Below are positions 47,370 through 56,697 of a DNA stretch of 64,000 bases, piece after piece. A model generated the notes under the pieces. The model was not told where the DNA came from, searched no databases, and saw only the letters and a list, made by a program, of their open reading frames with translations. The number at the start of each line of letters is the position of its first letter. Within the stretch, counting starts at the first letter, position 1. Both the position numbers and the translations under genes were made by a program. Origin of the DNA: Bacteroidota bacterium (GTDB taxonomy: Bacteria > Bacteroidota > Bacteroidia > NS11-12g > UBA955); the NCBI GenBank assembly GCA_016787485.1, contig JAEUUL010000025.1:496-64495 (forward strand), read 5' to 3'.

Positions 47370-47421
47370 ATTACCTCTTTGCAAACGTACAACTCCCAAA
47401 ATTTATTGTTGTCATGTAAAT

Positions 47422-48117
47422 TTAATTTTCCGCAGTGTTTGATTTTTTTCTACGCTGACCGGATGCTGTGGCAGATGATTTGGCCTTTTGATTTTCCTTT
47501 GCCTGCGGCTTTTCGTTCAATTCTGGACCCTCGCCGGGTGCAGGATCTTCGGGTATTGACTCTTCCCCGTTATTGTCCGGTGCTACATTTTTCCGGTTGG
47601 TGGCAACCACCAAGTCCACCACCGTGCCCTTTTCCAGCAACTTTCCCGGAGGTACCTCTTGTCCGCCTGTTCTCTGCGCGATAACCAGATTGTGTCCGAT
47701 TTCGTCAAACTTGTATTCTACATTTCCCAGCACCAAACCTGCATTTTTCAGCAGCGCCTTGGCCAGTGTAAAACTCTGATCGGTGAGTCTGGGCATTTTT
47801 ACACGGGGTTTTCCCAGTGAATTTACGGTAATGTAAATGATACGGTTGGGTTTAACCTTGTCTCCCGGAAATGGGTCTTGCTCCACCACTGCATCTTTTT
47901 TGAAATCTGCGTTATACACAGAATCGTTGATTTCGAAACGCAGGCCGGCATCCTCCAGTTTTTCTATGGCTGATTCATATACAAGTCCTTTCAGATTGGG
48001 CACTTCTACAGCGGTGCCATGGTGGGTGTACCATTTCATCCACCCGAAAATGAGCCACAGGAGGATAGCCCCGGCCACGATTCCAAGCAGCCCGTTGAAT
48101 ATCCAGTTCTTAAGCAT
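47422..48117 (-). CDS. Membrane-anchored PASTA-domain protein (two PASTA repeats) with a low-complexity charged tail
   Basis: N-terminal TM, then VEVPNLKGLVYESAIEKLEDAGL and a second PASTA-like unit. The C-terminus is E/P/K-rich. Confidence 0.7.
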   Translation of the reverse strand: MLKNWIFNGLLGIVAGAILLWLIFGWMKWYTHHGTAVEVPNLKGLVYESAIEKLEDAGLRFEINDSVYNADFKKDAVVEQDPFPGDKVKPNRIIYITVNSLGKPRVKMPRLTDQSFTLAKALLKNAGLVLGNVEYKFDEIGHNLVIAQRTGGQEVPPGKLLEKGTVVDLVVATNRKNVAPDNNGEESIPEDPAPGEGPELNEKPQAKENQKAKSSATASGQRRKKSNTAEN

Positions 48118-50812
48118 TCAGGCTCTGATTTTGCCGTCCAAAGTTCAGGATTTCCCGAATAAAATCAAAAGGTTTGTACCCATTTAATGCAGCCTGATGA
48201 TAAATACAGGTAGCAGGAGTCATTCCCGGCAGCGAATTGATTTCAATAATCCAGGTTTCAACCCGCCCATCGTCAAATATTTTCACAAAGGCATCAATCC
48301 GGCAATAACCTGTTACGTCAAGCGCGCGGGCTACCTTTTCAAGTGTGTTTCTCACTTCAGCACTTATGCGTGCCTGTTCCTTCGGGTCGCGGCTGAATCT
48401 GGAAGGGGTGATATTCTGCCCCTGACCAGCCAGAAACTTTTCTTCCAGACTCAGGATTTCTGATTCCGCAAGGCTTTCACTGGGTTCGAATATCTCGTAT
48501 CTCAGGGTCCCGTCCGGCATTTTGTGGGTTAGCATTCCTCCGGTAACTTCCATAAACCGGGCAGAATTTCCTTTGTCTATGAACTTCTCAATCAGGAGTT
48601 CCTGCTTTAACGGCAGTTCTTCGTTTGCCCCGATTCCCAGCGGTTCCCGCAATGCGGCCGGGGCAACCGGTTCATCGCGAAAGATTGCAGATAAAAAATG
48701 ATGAAGTTCTCCGGGTGATTTTACTTTGCGCACTGCAGCACTGCAGCCGTCGTCGGCTGGTTTTGCAATCAACGGAAGGCCAAAACGGGCTATGATTGCG
48801 GCTTCTGCTGCTTCTTTATCCGATTCCCAGTTCTGCCGGGAGAGCATTTGATGGTCGGCAACCAGAAATCCGGCAGCCCGTAATTTTTCATTTGTTTCAA
48901 ATTTGTTGATGGTAATCGCACTGCTGTGGGCTTCGCTTCCATTGTAGTAAAGTCCGTGTCTGCGCAGTTCGGTTTGCAGGGTGCCGTCCTCACCGGGTCT
49001 TCCGTGCAGGGCAATGAATACTCCTTCGCAGAGACCTGCAAGTTCCTCCATGCTTATCCTGCGGGGTTCCAGCACAGTACCTGTAAGATTGTAACGGCCG
49101 GTAACAGCTGCTGCTTCATCCATGATTTCACGCAGCACAGGGTGTGGGTGATAATCACGCACTTTGTCGCGGATGTCATCGGCGTTGTCTTTCAGCATGA
49201 GGTTTAGTGGAAGCAGAAAGAGTTCCAGATGATCCGCACTGCCAGTGAGAAAGACAGGTATGGGATGAAATTCTTCGGAGCTGCTGAGTTTTTCATAGAT
49301 GTTGCGGCCACTTTCCATGCTGATATGCCTTTCATAACTATAACCACCCATGATGACGGCTACCCGTCTGCGGGCAGAATGGCCGCTTTGCAGGGCATCC
49401 ACTTTGGCGTCCAGTCTGCTCAGCAATTCCAGTGCATTGTTTCGCCGGGTGCCGGTTTCGGTCCTTTCTGCCAGACTGTTTCGGATGATGTAAGTAAGAA
49501 ATTGTGAAGGGTTAAGTCCGATTTCAGCAGCCTGATGGAAAAAGAAACTGCTGGGCATCATGCCACTGGTGGTGTTCGGATCGTTCAGGTAAACCTCGCC
49601 TTCATCGTCTACAAATCCATCTATGCGGGCATATACGTTGAATCCGAAATAATCGTACAAATGTGTGCATGCCTCTCGAATATTGGCCAGATATTCATCT
49701 TCCACCTCTATGGGTGTTACCTTATGGCTCAATCCGGGCAAATATTTGCTGCGGTAATCGAACAAAGGGGTGGATTTGCGTATTTCTGTGGGGGGGAGGG
49801 CAATGGGTTTTCCATAATCGTCGCGGATGACGATGCAACTGAATTCCTTTCCGGAAAGAAACTCCTCAATCACCACCTCTGTTTCACCGTCCTCTGCTTC
49901 CAGGAGCACCTCTTCATTTTGCCGGCACTCCGTGTTCAGCCATTGCATAAATGCATCCGGACGGTAAATCAGATGTCCATTTGCCCGGAGAGGCAAGCCG
50001 AGGCCGCTGCGCAAATCGGTAATTTGCTTTATCCACTGTACCTGTGTTTCCCTTTCCATACCCAACCAAAACGAGGATTCCAGGCTGATACGGAAAAAAG
50101 CCTGGTCCATGGCACGGATAAAGGTCTCATAATCCGGATGATGCAGCACAGAAACGCCCAGACTGCTGCCCTGATTGGCCGGCTTTATGACAAATTTCTC
50201 CTGAAAGGTGATATTGTACTGTCTGAAAAGGTCCTGACGTTCCTCCTCATCCGCACTCAGCCAGGTTTGCCTTTTAATGGTGAAATACCGGTTGATGTAC
50301 AACCCGGCTCTTTCCTGAAAATCCTTTTGCAGCGCTTTGTTCATACCCAGACTGCTGGGGAAAATACCACTGCCGCTATAGGGTATACCCAACCATTCCA
50401 GAACACCTTGAACACTGCCGTCTTCGCCACCCGTGCCGTGCAGTGCCAGAAAAGCAAAATCTATGATTCCGGGCAGGGCATCCATAGGGACAATAGTCCC
50501 GATTGATGAGGCCATTTCTTCGGCTTCTGCAGCAGTTGGATTAAGGCTTTCTGCATAAATCTGAAATCCGTCATCCATGTCGGGCAGATGCCGTGCCGGT
50601 GGATAAAAGTCACGGATGCTGCCTTTGTAGATATATTCCCATTGCAGGAGTATAAACCTGCCGAATGAATCGATAAAAAGGGGGAGGGGGTCAAACAGAC
50701 TTTTATCAAGATTGTCGTATACCGTGCGGCCTCCGGCAAAGGAAACTTCCCTCTCACGGCTGTTTCCGCCAAACAGAATGCCAATGCGTATTTTGGGCAT
50801 AAACTGTTGCAA
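48110..50812 (-). CDS. Tandem double D-alanine--D-alanine ligase-like ATP-grasp protein (two complete Ddl-like modules in one 900-aa polypeptide)
   Basis: Module 1 begins IRIGILFGGNSREREVS...ALHGTGGEDG. Module 2 begins RRVAVIMGGYSYERHISMESG...ALHGRPGEDG. Each is followed by an ATP-grasp body. Confidence 0.7.
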   Translation of the reverse strand: MQQFMPKIRIGILFGGNSREREVSFAGGRTVYDNLDKSLFDPLPLFIDSFGRFILLQWEYIYKGSIRDFYPPARHLPDMDDGFQIYAESLNPTAAEAEEMASSIGTIVPMDALPGIIDFAFLALHGTGGEDGSVQGVLEWLGIPYSGSGIFPSSLGMNKALQKDFQERAGLYINRYFTIKRQTWLSADEEERQDLFRQYNITFQEKFVIKPANQGSSLGVSVLHHPDYETFIRAMDQAFFRISLESSFWLGMERETQVQWIKQITDLRSGLGLPLRANGHLIYRPDAFMQWLNTECRQNEEVLLEAEDGETEVVIEEFLSGKEFSCIVIRDDYGKPIALPPTEIRKSTPLFDYRSKYLPGLSHKVTPIEVEDEYLANIREACTHLYDYFGFNVYARIDGFVDDEGEVYLNDPNTTSGMMPSSFFFHQAAEIGLNPSQFLTYIIRNSLAERTETGTRRNNALELLSRLDAKVDALQSGHSARRRVAVIMGGYSYERHISMESGRNIYEKLSSSEEFHPIPVFLTGSADHLELFLLPLNLMLKDNADDIRDKVRDYHPHPVLREIMDEAAAVTGRYNLTGTVLEPRRISMEELAGLCEGVFIALHGRPGEDGTLQTELRRHGLYYNGSEAHSSAITINKFETNEKLRAAGFLVADHQMLSRQNWESDKEAAEAAIIARFGLPLIAKPADDGCSAAVRKVKSPGELHHFLSAIFRDEPVAPAALREPLGIGANEELPLKQELLIEKFIDKGNSARFMEVTGGMLTHKMPDGTLRYEIFEPSESLAESEILSLEEKFLAGQGQNITPSRFSRDPKEQARISAEVRNTLEKVARALDVTGYCRIDAFVKIFDDGRVETWIIEINSLPGMTPATCIYHQAALNGYKPFDFIREILNFGRQNQSLNA

Positions 50813-51338
50813 AAATAAGGTTTAGGCCTCCTGCGTACCTGAAACTTTTCAACGAAAATGAGGGTTTGCAGCCTCTGGTTTTCAGAAAAGCATAAAAAGC
50901 AGGAAGTTCACGCGGAATTCTCCAGTCAGGCAGTTCGTGCACTTTTTGCGTTTAATGATATTGCATGAAACACAACTCCGTTAAGGATAACTTCACTGAT
51001 TTCCTTGTTTTTGGTCTGCATGTTTGGCTGTGAAATTGCAGGATTCTATGGGATTGTAAAAAAAATCTGCTGGAACCCGGGTTTTTTTCAGGCTCCGCAA
51101 TTTACTATACAGGCAAAAAATAATAAGCATGAAAAATCACCCGAATTGACGATTCGTAAATCGAAATGAATCATACACAAACCCAAAGCGCCTGGTTTGT
51201 TTTTTGATTCCTGTGTACAAGCTGTAAAATTTTATTTTTTTGTGGTATTCTGAAAGCAACGTTTTTTAAGAAATGTAGTCTGAATTAAACAGTTGAGTTG
51301 GATTTCTTCAAAAAGTTTACTTCTTTGGTATTAATTTT

Positions 51339-54300
51339 GTGTCTATTTTGTCGAATTTAACCTCAGTGCCCGGAAAACATACATTACCCATCAGGATTTG
51401 CCTGTTGGCATTGCTGTGCATCGGGCAATTGGGCAGGGCTTTGGCACAACCTGTGGCCTCGTTCACTGCGACACCGCTGCAGGGTTGTGAACCGCTGAAA
51501 GTTGATTTTACCAGTACAAGCACAGGCGCTGTCAGTTATTTCTGGAAATTCGGAAACGGAAATACAAGTACACTTCAAAATCCTTCTGCGGTTTACAACA
51601 ATGCCGGGAAATACAGTGTAACCCTGATTGTAAAAGACGGCAGCGGGAAGAGTGATACGAGCTTTTTTCCCGATTTGATTACTGTGTTTAAATCTCCTGT
51701 GGCTGATTTTTCAGTTTCGCGAAAAGAAATTTGTGCAGGGGATACCATTAAAGTTTCCGATAAATCGATTAAAGGGGATGGTGCAATTGTATCCTGGAAT
51801 TGGGATATGGGCGACGGTGGAACCTCTGCTGAGCATGAGCCATACTATCCCTATCTGCGCGATGGTATCTACAATATCACCCTGGCCATAAAAGACACAA
51901 ACGGGTGTGAGGCTTTTGAAAAATATCTGCGGATAATGAAAGTGAATCCGCTGCCTACCATTTCCATCCTCAATTCGGCCATTCAAAAGTGCAAAGTACC
52001 GGTAAAGGTGGATTTTAAATCTGTGGCTTCGGGTACATCATCCCTGACCTACGCATGGACTTTCGGAGACGGAGGGACAGACAATGTGGCCAATCCTTCC
52101 TACACCTACAGTTCCACCGGCAACCATACTGTAAACCTAACGGTGACAGATGCAAAGGGATGCAAAGCGGTAAGCAACAAAACGAGCCTTGTTACGATTC
52201 TGGCTCCTGTTGCCGATTTTGATGTATCTCAAACCCTGCTTTGCCCTAAAGTCCCGGTACAGTTTACAAACAAAAGTACACCCCGGGATGGCACCGGTAC
52301 GTATCAGTGGACATTCAGCAACGGTCTGAACCTGAGTGCAGAATCACCGTCGGTGCAGTTAAACGACCCGGGCGTGTATGATGTAAGCCTTACCTACAAC
52401 TGGGATGGGTGCAGCCATACAGTGAGCCGCAAGGCTTTAATCACAGTGGCAGATACGCCATCCGGAAAAATCGGGCCGCGCGACACCACTGTGTGCCGAA
52501 ATGGCAATGCCCAGATGTTGTATGGGGTAACGGGCAGAAATATCGATCAGGTCAGGTGGAATTCTGTGATTACAGGAGCCATGCAGTTGCCTGATAGCCT
52601 TAAATATCCGGTTTCACTGGGTACGAATGGCAGTTATATAATCAGGGCCATGCTGATTTCTAAAGACGGATGCCAGCAACCGGCAGACAGCGCCAGAATT
52701 ACGGTGAGGGGACCATTGGCGGCCATTCTTCTCGATAGCAGCAAGGGTTGTATTCCTTATCCGGTAAAGGCTGAATGGGCCGGGAGCAGCGCGGCCCCGC
52801 TGAAAGTGTTTGCCTGGAAGTATCAGACACAAACTGGAAACATCAATCCCTTTTTGTTTACAAACAGCACCTTCGGCAAAAGTTCGGTATCCCTGAAACT
52901 GGTGGATGCAAACGGGTGCGAAGACTCAACAAACAATGAGCTTGTGGCCGGGTTAAAAGTGGATCTGGAGCTTACATCTCCGCAGAAAATCTGCCGGAAC
53001 CAGAAATTCTACATCAAAAGGAAGGCGTCCATAAACAGTCCGGATTCAGTAAAGTTCTTTTATTACCGCGACAAGCTGGACAGTATTCCTTTTCCACCTC
53101 CGGATTCCCTGATGAGAATCCTTACTGATACACCGGGGACTTATGTGAAATATGGACTCATCGCCAATTCATTTGGTTGTATGACCAAACTGGCAGAAAA
53201 CCAGAGACCCAAAGTCCGCGTCATGGGCCCAATGATTATTGCCAATGTAAAATCCGATTGTGGCAAAGACTCCTTGTCCGGCCTGAATGAGAGCAAGGAA
53301 TACACAAAAAGTTGGTGGCGTTATAAAAATGCAGTCAATTCAACAGAATTTGATTTCAACAAAAAGCTACACCGGAAACTGGGAGAAACCCACGATTTGT
53401 GGGTGGTTGCAGTGAACGATACCACCGGCTGTGCAGACAGTGCAAATTTCTCCACGACCATAGACAACCAGAAAGCCTATTACGATTATACCTACAATTG
53501 CGCCACCCGCACCGTTCAGGTAACGAACACATATATCGGTTTGGCCGATACCCTGTTTTACTGGAAATTAACCCATCTGCCTACCGGAAACATTACCACC
53601 CTGCAGGGCAGAGACCCATCCTTCCATTTGGCCGTTCCGGGAGCCTACACGTTGTTGCTGGCGCCCAAAAATCCAAAGTTTGCCTGCACAGATCCTTTTG
53701 TCAGAAGAATTACAGCTTATACAAAACCTGCCGGACAAAAGCCTCAGGCCAGCATCACAAGCAATACGTGTTATCCGGTAACCCTTGCCTTGAACGACCC
53801 CACCTATTCCATGTGGAAATCAGCCCGCTGGGATGTAGGCCGGTTTCTGTCTCTGAATGACTCACAGCAACATTTCAATTTCAAATATACGGACAACGAG
53901 AGTTTGCTTAAAGTGTACCTTACACGCACAGATTCAAATCTTTGCTATTATCTGGATACATTCTCTTTTGCCGTGGGTGGCGTAAAAGCCAATATTCAGT
54001 CACAGCAGATTACCGATCCCTGTCTGCAGTCAAAAATCCATGTAGCGTCGAATATAACTCAGGGTACCAATGGCCGGACCTATACTTACTTGTGGGACTG
54101 GGGCTACAGAACCAGCAGCAAGAGCAAAGATACAGTGGTGGAGTCCGGGATTAAAACAACTACGGTTACTCTGCTTGTAACAGATGACCATGGTTGTGCC
54201 ACCAAAGACTTCAAGACATTTCAGATTAAAACCGGCCGGCCCGCAGCGCGGTTCTCTGTTTCTGATACCAATGCATCCTGTCCGCCATTCAATGTGTTTT

Positions 54301-56654
54301 TTGCTGATAGCTCGGTGTCCACAACTGGACCCATTGTAAAATGGGTTTGGAATTTTGGCGACAGCAGTTACTCAGACAAGCAGAACCCGGGCAAGATTTA
54401 CATCTATCCGGGCAAGTTCAGCATCAGTTTGCAGGTTACCAATGCCGACGGGTGCAAAGACACTGCATTTATTCCGGATCTGGTGGTGGTAAACGGACCA
54501 AAGGGCAGCTATACAGTAGACCGGAAAGAAGGATGTACCCCGCTGAAGGTGAAATTGAACACTGCAACCAGCGGAAAGATTGCCCGCATGGAATTCGACA
54601 TGGGAGACGGTGCCGTTTTCAATGCCCGGGATAGCTTGTACACCTATAAGCGGGCAGGAACCTATATCCCCCGGCTGATTTTGACGGATAGCTTCGGCTG
54701 CAGGTATTCGCCCAAACCCAAAGACACCATACTGGTGCATGTATTGCCCGTAGCGGAATTCGACAATCAGCCGGTGTGTGCAAACCGCATTTATCCGTTA
54801 ATTAACCGTTCGTTCTATGCCGGAGATAAAGCCGGTAAACTGCAATGGACAGTGAACAATATAGCCTGGTCCACTGCCGATACTGCCTATGTGCGGTTTA
54901 ACAACAGCAAACACAATTCTGTGAAGTTGAAGGTACACACAGCCTATGGTTGCACAGACAGTATTACAAAACCATTTGTAGCATACAATGTGCGCCCTTC
55001 TATAAGCACACTGAAACAGAAATACTGTTTGGGAGAGGATATTAAGATATTCAACGCATCTACTGCCGATACAACACTGTCCCGCACAGACATATGGATT
55101 AACGGGAATGCCCTGGATCCGCTTACACTCGCTGTGCCGCAAACCGGGCGTGGAATCATTTCGGCTTACGTTATTGTGGAAGATGTCCTTGGTTGCCGGG
55201 ATACCATGGCCGATTCCATGTTTCTTAAAGTGGGAGATACTCTTCCGCCTCCGCCACTGCGCATTTACCGCAGTTCTGTTGTAGATGACTATACCACAGA
55301 GACCAGATTCAATGCATCTGATGAAGTAGATTTCGACCATTATAATGTCTCTGTTTGGCGAAACAGTAAATGGGAAATCATGGCATCTTCCAACTACCGT
55401 AATGATACCAACCTGCTTGCGCACGGACTGAATACCCTGCGAAATTCTTATTGCCATCTCATCACCCAGCGGAATTTCTGCAACCGGTCTTCGGATTCGC
55501 TGGCGGTGATTCCTCATTGTACCATAGAAACCAGGGCAGTGGGAGACACCAACTGCTCGGTTGTTACATGGTCTGCCTACTCCGGCTGGAATCAGGTGCA
55601 GAAATACAGAATCTGGAGAAAAAAGAAATCAGAATCAACTTTTGTGCTGCTGGATTCGGTGGATGGAGCAACCCTGCGTTATGTGGATTCAGCCATTATG
55701 TGCCATGTTGAATACGATTTTAAAATAGAAGGCGTGGAAAAAAATGGCTGGTTGCAAAACAGCTTCTCAGATACTGCTCATGCCAAACCCATAGATCATT
55801 TTGTGGTGCCGCCCCCGGAATTGTGGCGCACTACTGTCGACACCAACACATTTACACATACAGAATGGATTCCGCTGGGTAAATTGAAATACGACATAGA
55901 CCATTACCGGCTATGGAAGTACGACAACAATACATGGAATGTGCTGGCCGACAGTCTGGCTCCGCAACTTCGATTTCTGAACGATTGGAATACAAACGTT
56001 CAGAACCAGACTTATACCTATGCCGTAGATGCCACCGATGTTTGTAATCATACCAGTGCACGGGGCAATGTGGGCAGGAGTATTCTACTTTCTGTATCAC
56101 CCACCTCAGACGAATTGTATCCTCAACTCAGCTGGACTCCTTATATTGTATGGAAAGAAGGGGTAAAGGAATATAAAATAGAACGGAGCATTGAACATAG
56201 TCCGTTTATGGAGATTGGAAGGGTAGATGCACAAACCCTGACGTATACGGACAAGACACTCCCTACAGAGTGTGCAAGGGATTTTGTATACCGAATCACC
56301 GCACTGCGCAATCCTACTCCTTTGCACAAAGACAGTTTGCAGTGTATATCAGTTTCAAACTACAGCACATTCTACCCGGAAATACGGTTTTATATACCCA
56401 ATGCCTTTACCCCCAATGGTAACCAGTTGAATGAAGGATTTCATCCCAAAGGAGTCTATTTTTACAAGTATGAAATGAAAATATACAACCGCTACGGGCA
56501 AAAGGTGTATGAAGGTGATACCTGTATGAATGCCTGGGATGGTACATATAATGGTGAAAAATCTCCGGATGGGGTTTATGCGTATGCCATTACCGTTTGG
56601 GATTTGAAAGGGAAAGTGTATCGATTTGGTGGCACATTGCATTTGCTGCGTTAA
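51339..56654 (+). CDS. Giant (1771 aa) PKD-domain-rich cell-surface adhesin-like protein with a type-B T9SS ('gliding motility-associated') C-terminal domain; GTG start
   Basis: Multiple PKD-like repeats (FTATPLQGCEPLKVDFTSTS..., WNFGDSSYSDKQNP...). The C-terminus PNAFTPNGNQLNEGFHP...KIYNRYGQKVYEG...WDGTYNGEKSPDGVYAYAITV matches the TIGR04131-type CTD. Confidence 0.8.
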   Translation: MSILSNLTSVPGKHTLPIRICLLALLCIGQLGRALAQPVASFTATPLQGCEPLKVDFTSTSTGAVSYFWKFGNGNTSTLQNPSAVYNNAGKYSVTLIVKDGSGKSDTSFFPDLITVFKSPVADFSVSRKEICAGDTIKVSDKSIKGDGAIVSWNWDMGDGGTSAEHEPYYPYLRDGIYNITLAIKDTNGCEAFEKYLRIMKVNPLPTISILNSAIQKCKVPVKVDFKSVASGTSSLTYAWTFGDGGTDNVANPSYTYSSTGNHTVNLTVTDAKGCKAVSNKTSLVTILAPVADFDVSQTLLCPKVPVQFTNKSTPRDGTGTYQWTFSNGLNLSAESPSVQLNDPGVYDVSLTYNWDGCSHTVSRKALITVADTPSGKIGPRDTTVCRNGNAQMLYGVTGRNIDQVRWNSVITGAMQLPDSLKYPVSLGTNGSYIIRAMLISKDGCQQPADSARITVRGPLAAILLDSSKGCIPYPVKAEWAGSSAAPLKVFAWKYQTQTGNINPFLFTNSTFGKSSVSLKLVDANGCEDSTNNELVAGLKVDLELTSPQKICRNQKFYIKRKASINSPDSVKFFYYRDKLDSIPFPPPDSLMRILTDTPGTYVKYGLIANSFGCMTKLAENQRPKVRVMGPMIIANVKSDCGKDSLSGLNESKEYTKSWWRYKNAVNSTEFDFNKKLHRKLGETHDLWVVAVNDTTGCADSANFSTTIDNQKAYYDYTYNCATRTVQVTNTYIGLADTLFYWKLTHLPTGNITTLQGRDPSFHLAVPGAYTLLLAPKNPKFACTDPFVRRITAYTKPAGQKPQASITSNTCYPVTLALNDPTYSMWKSARWDVGRFLSLNDSQQHFNFKYTDNESLLKVYLTRTDSNLCYYLDTFSFAVGGVKANIQSQQITDPCLQSKIHVASNITQGTNGRTYTYLWDWGYRTSSKSKDTVVESGIKTTTVTLLVTDDHGCATKDFKTFQIKTGRPAARFSVSDTNASCPPFNVFFADSSVSTTGPIVKWVWNFGDSSYSDKQNPGKIYIYPGKFSISLQVTNADGCKDTAFIPDLVVVNGPKGSYTVDRKEGCTPLKVKLNTATSGKIARMEFDMGDGAVFNARDSLYTYKRAGTYIPRLILTDSFGCRYSPKPKDTILVHVLPVAEFDNQPVCANRIYPLINRSFYAGDKAGKLQWTVNNIAWSTADTAYVRFNNSKHNSVKLKVHTAYGCTDSITKPFVAYNVRPSISTLKQKYCLGEDIKIFNASTADTTLSRTDIWINGNALDPLTLAVPQTGRGIISAYVIVEDVLGCRDTMADSMFLKVGDTLPPPPLRIYRSSVVDDYTTETRFNASDEVDFDHYNVSVWRNSKWEIMASSNYRNDTNLLAHGLNTLRNSYCHLITQRNFCNRSSDSLAVIPHCTIETRAVGDTNCSVVTWSAYSGWNQVQKYRIWRKKKSESTFVLLDSVDGATLRYVDSAIMCHVEYDFKIEGVEKNGWLQNSFSDTAHAKPIDHFVVPPPELWRTTVDTNTFTHTEWIPLGKLKYDIDHYRLWKYDNNTWNVLADSLAPQLRFLNDWNTNVQNQTYTYAVDATDVCNHTSARGNVGRSILLSVSPTSDELYPQLSWTPYIVWKEGVKEYKIERSIEHSPFMEIGRVDAQTLTYTDKTLPTECARDFVYRITALRNPTPLHKDSLQCISVSNYSTFYPEIRFYIPNAFTPNGNQLNEGFHPKGVYFYKYEMKIYNRYGQKVYEGDTCMNAWDGTYNGEKSPDGVYAYAITVWDLKGKVYRFGGTLHLLR

Positions 56655-56697
56655 GGCCACAATTTCATTTTGGCAATATCTTTGCACACCTACGCAC

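Noticed and set aside
49535-50506. 323-aa plus-strand ORF inside the Ddl-fusion gene
   Set aside because: It is antisense to a gene with two clear Ddl signature blocks and has a Cys/His-rich, nonsense-like composition.
54798-55517. 239-aa minus-strand ORF inside the giant adhesin gene
   Set aside because: It is antisense to a continuous 1771-aa frame with PKD repeats, and its composition is Cys/His/Ile-rich.
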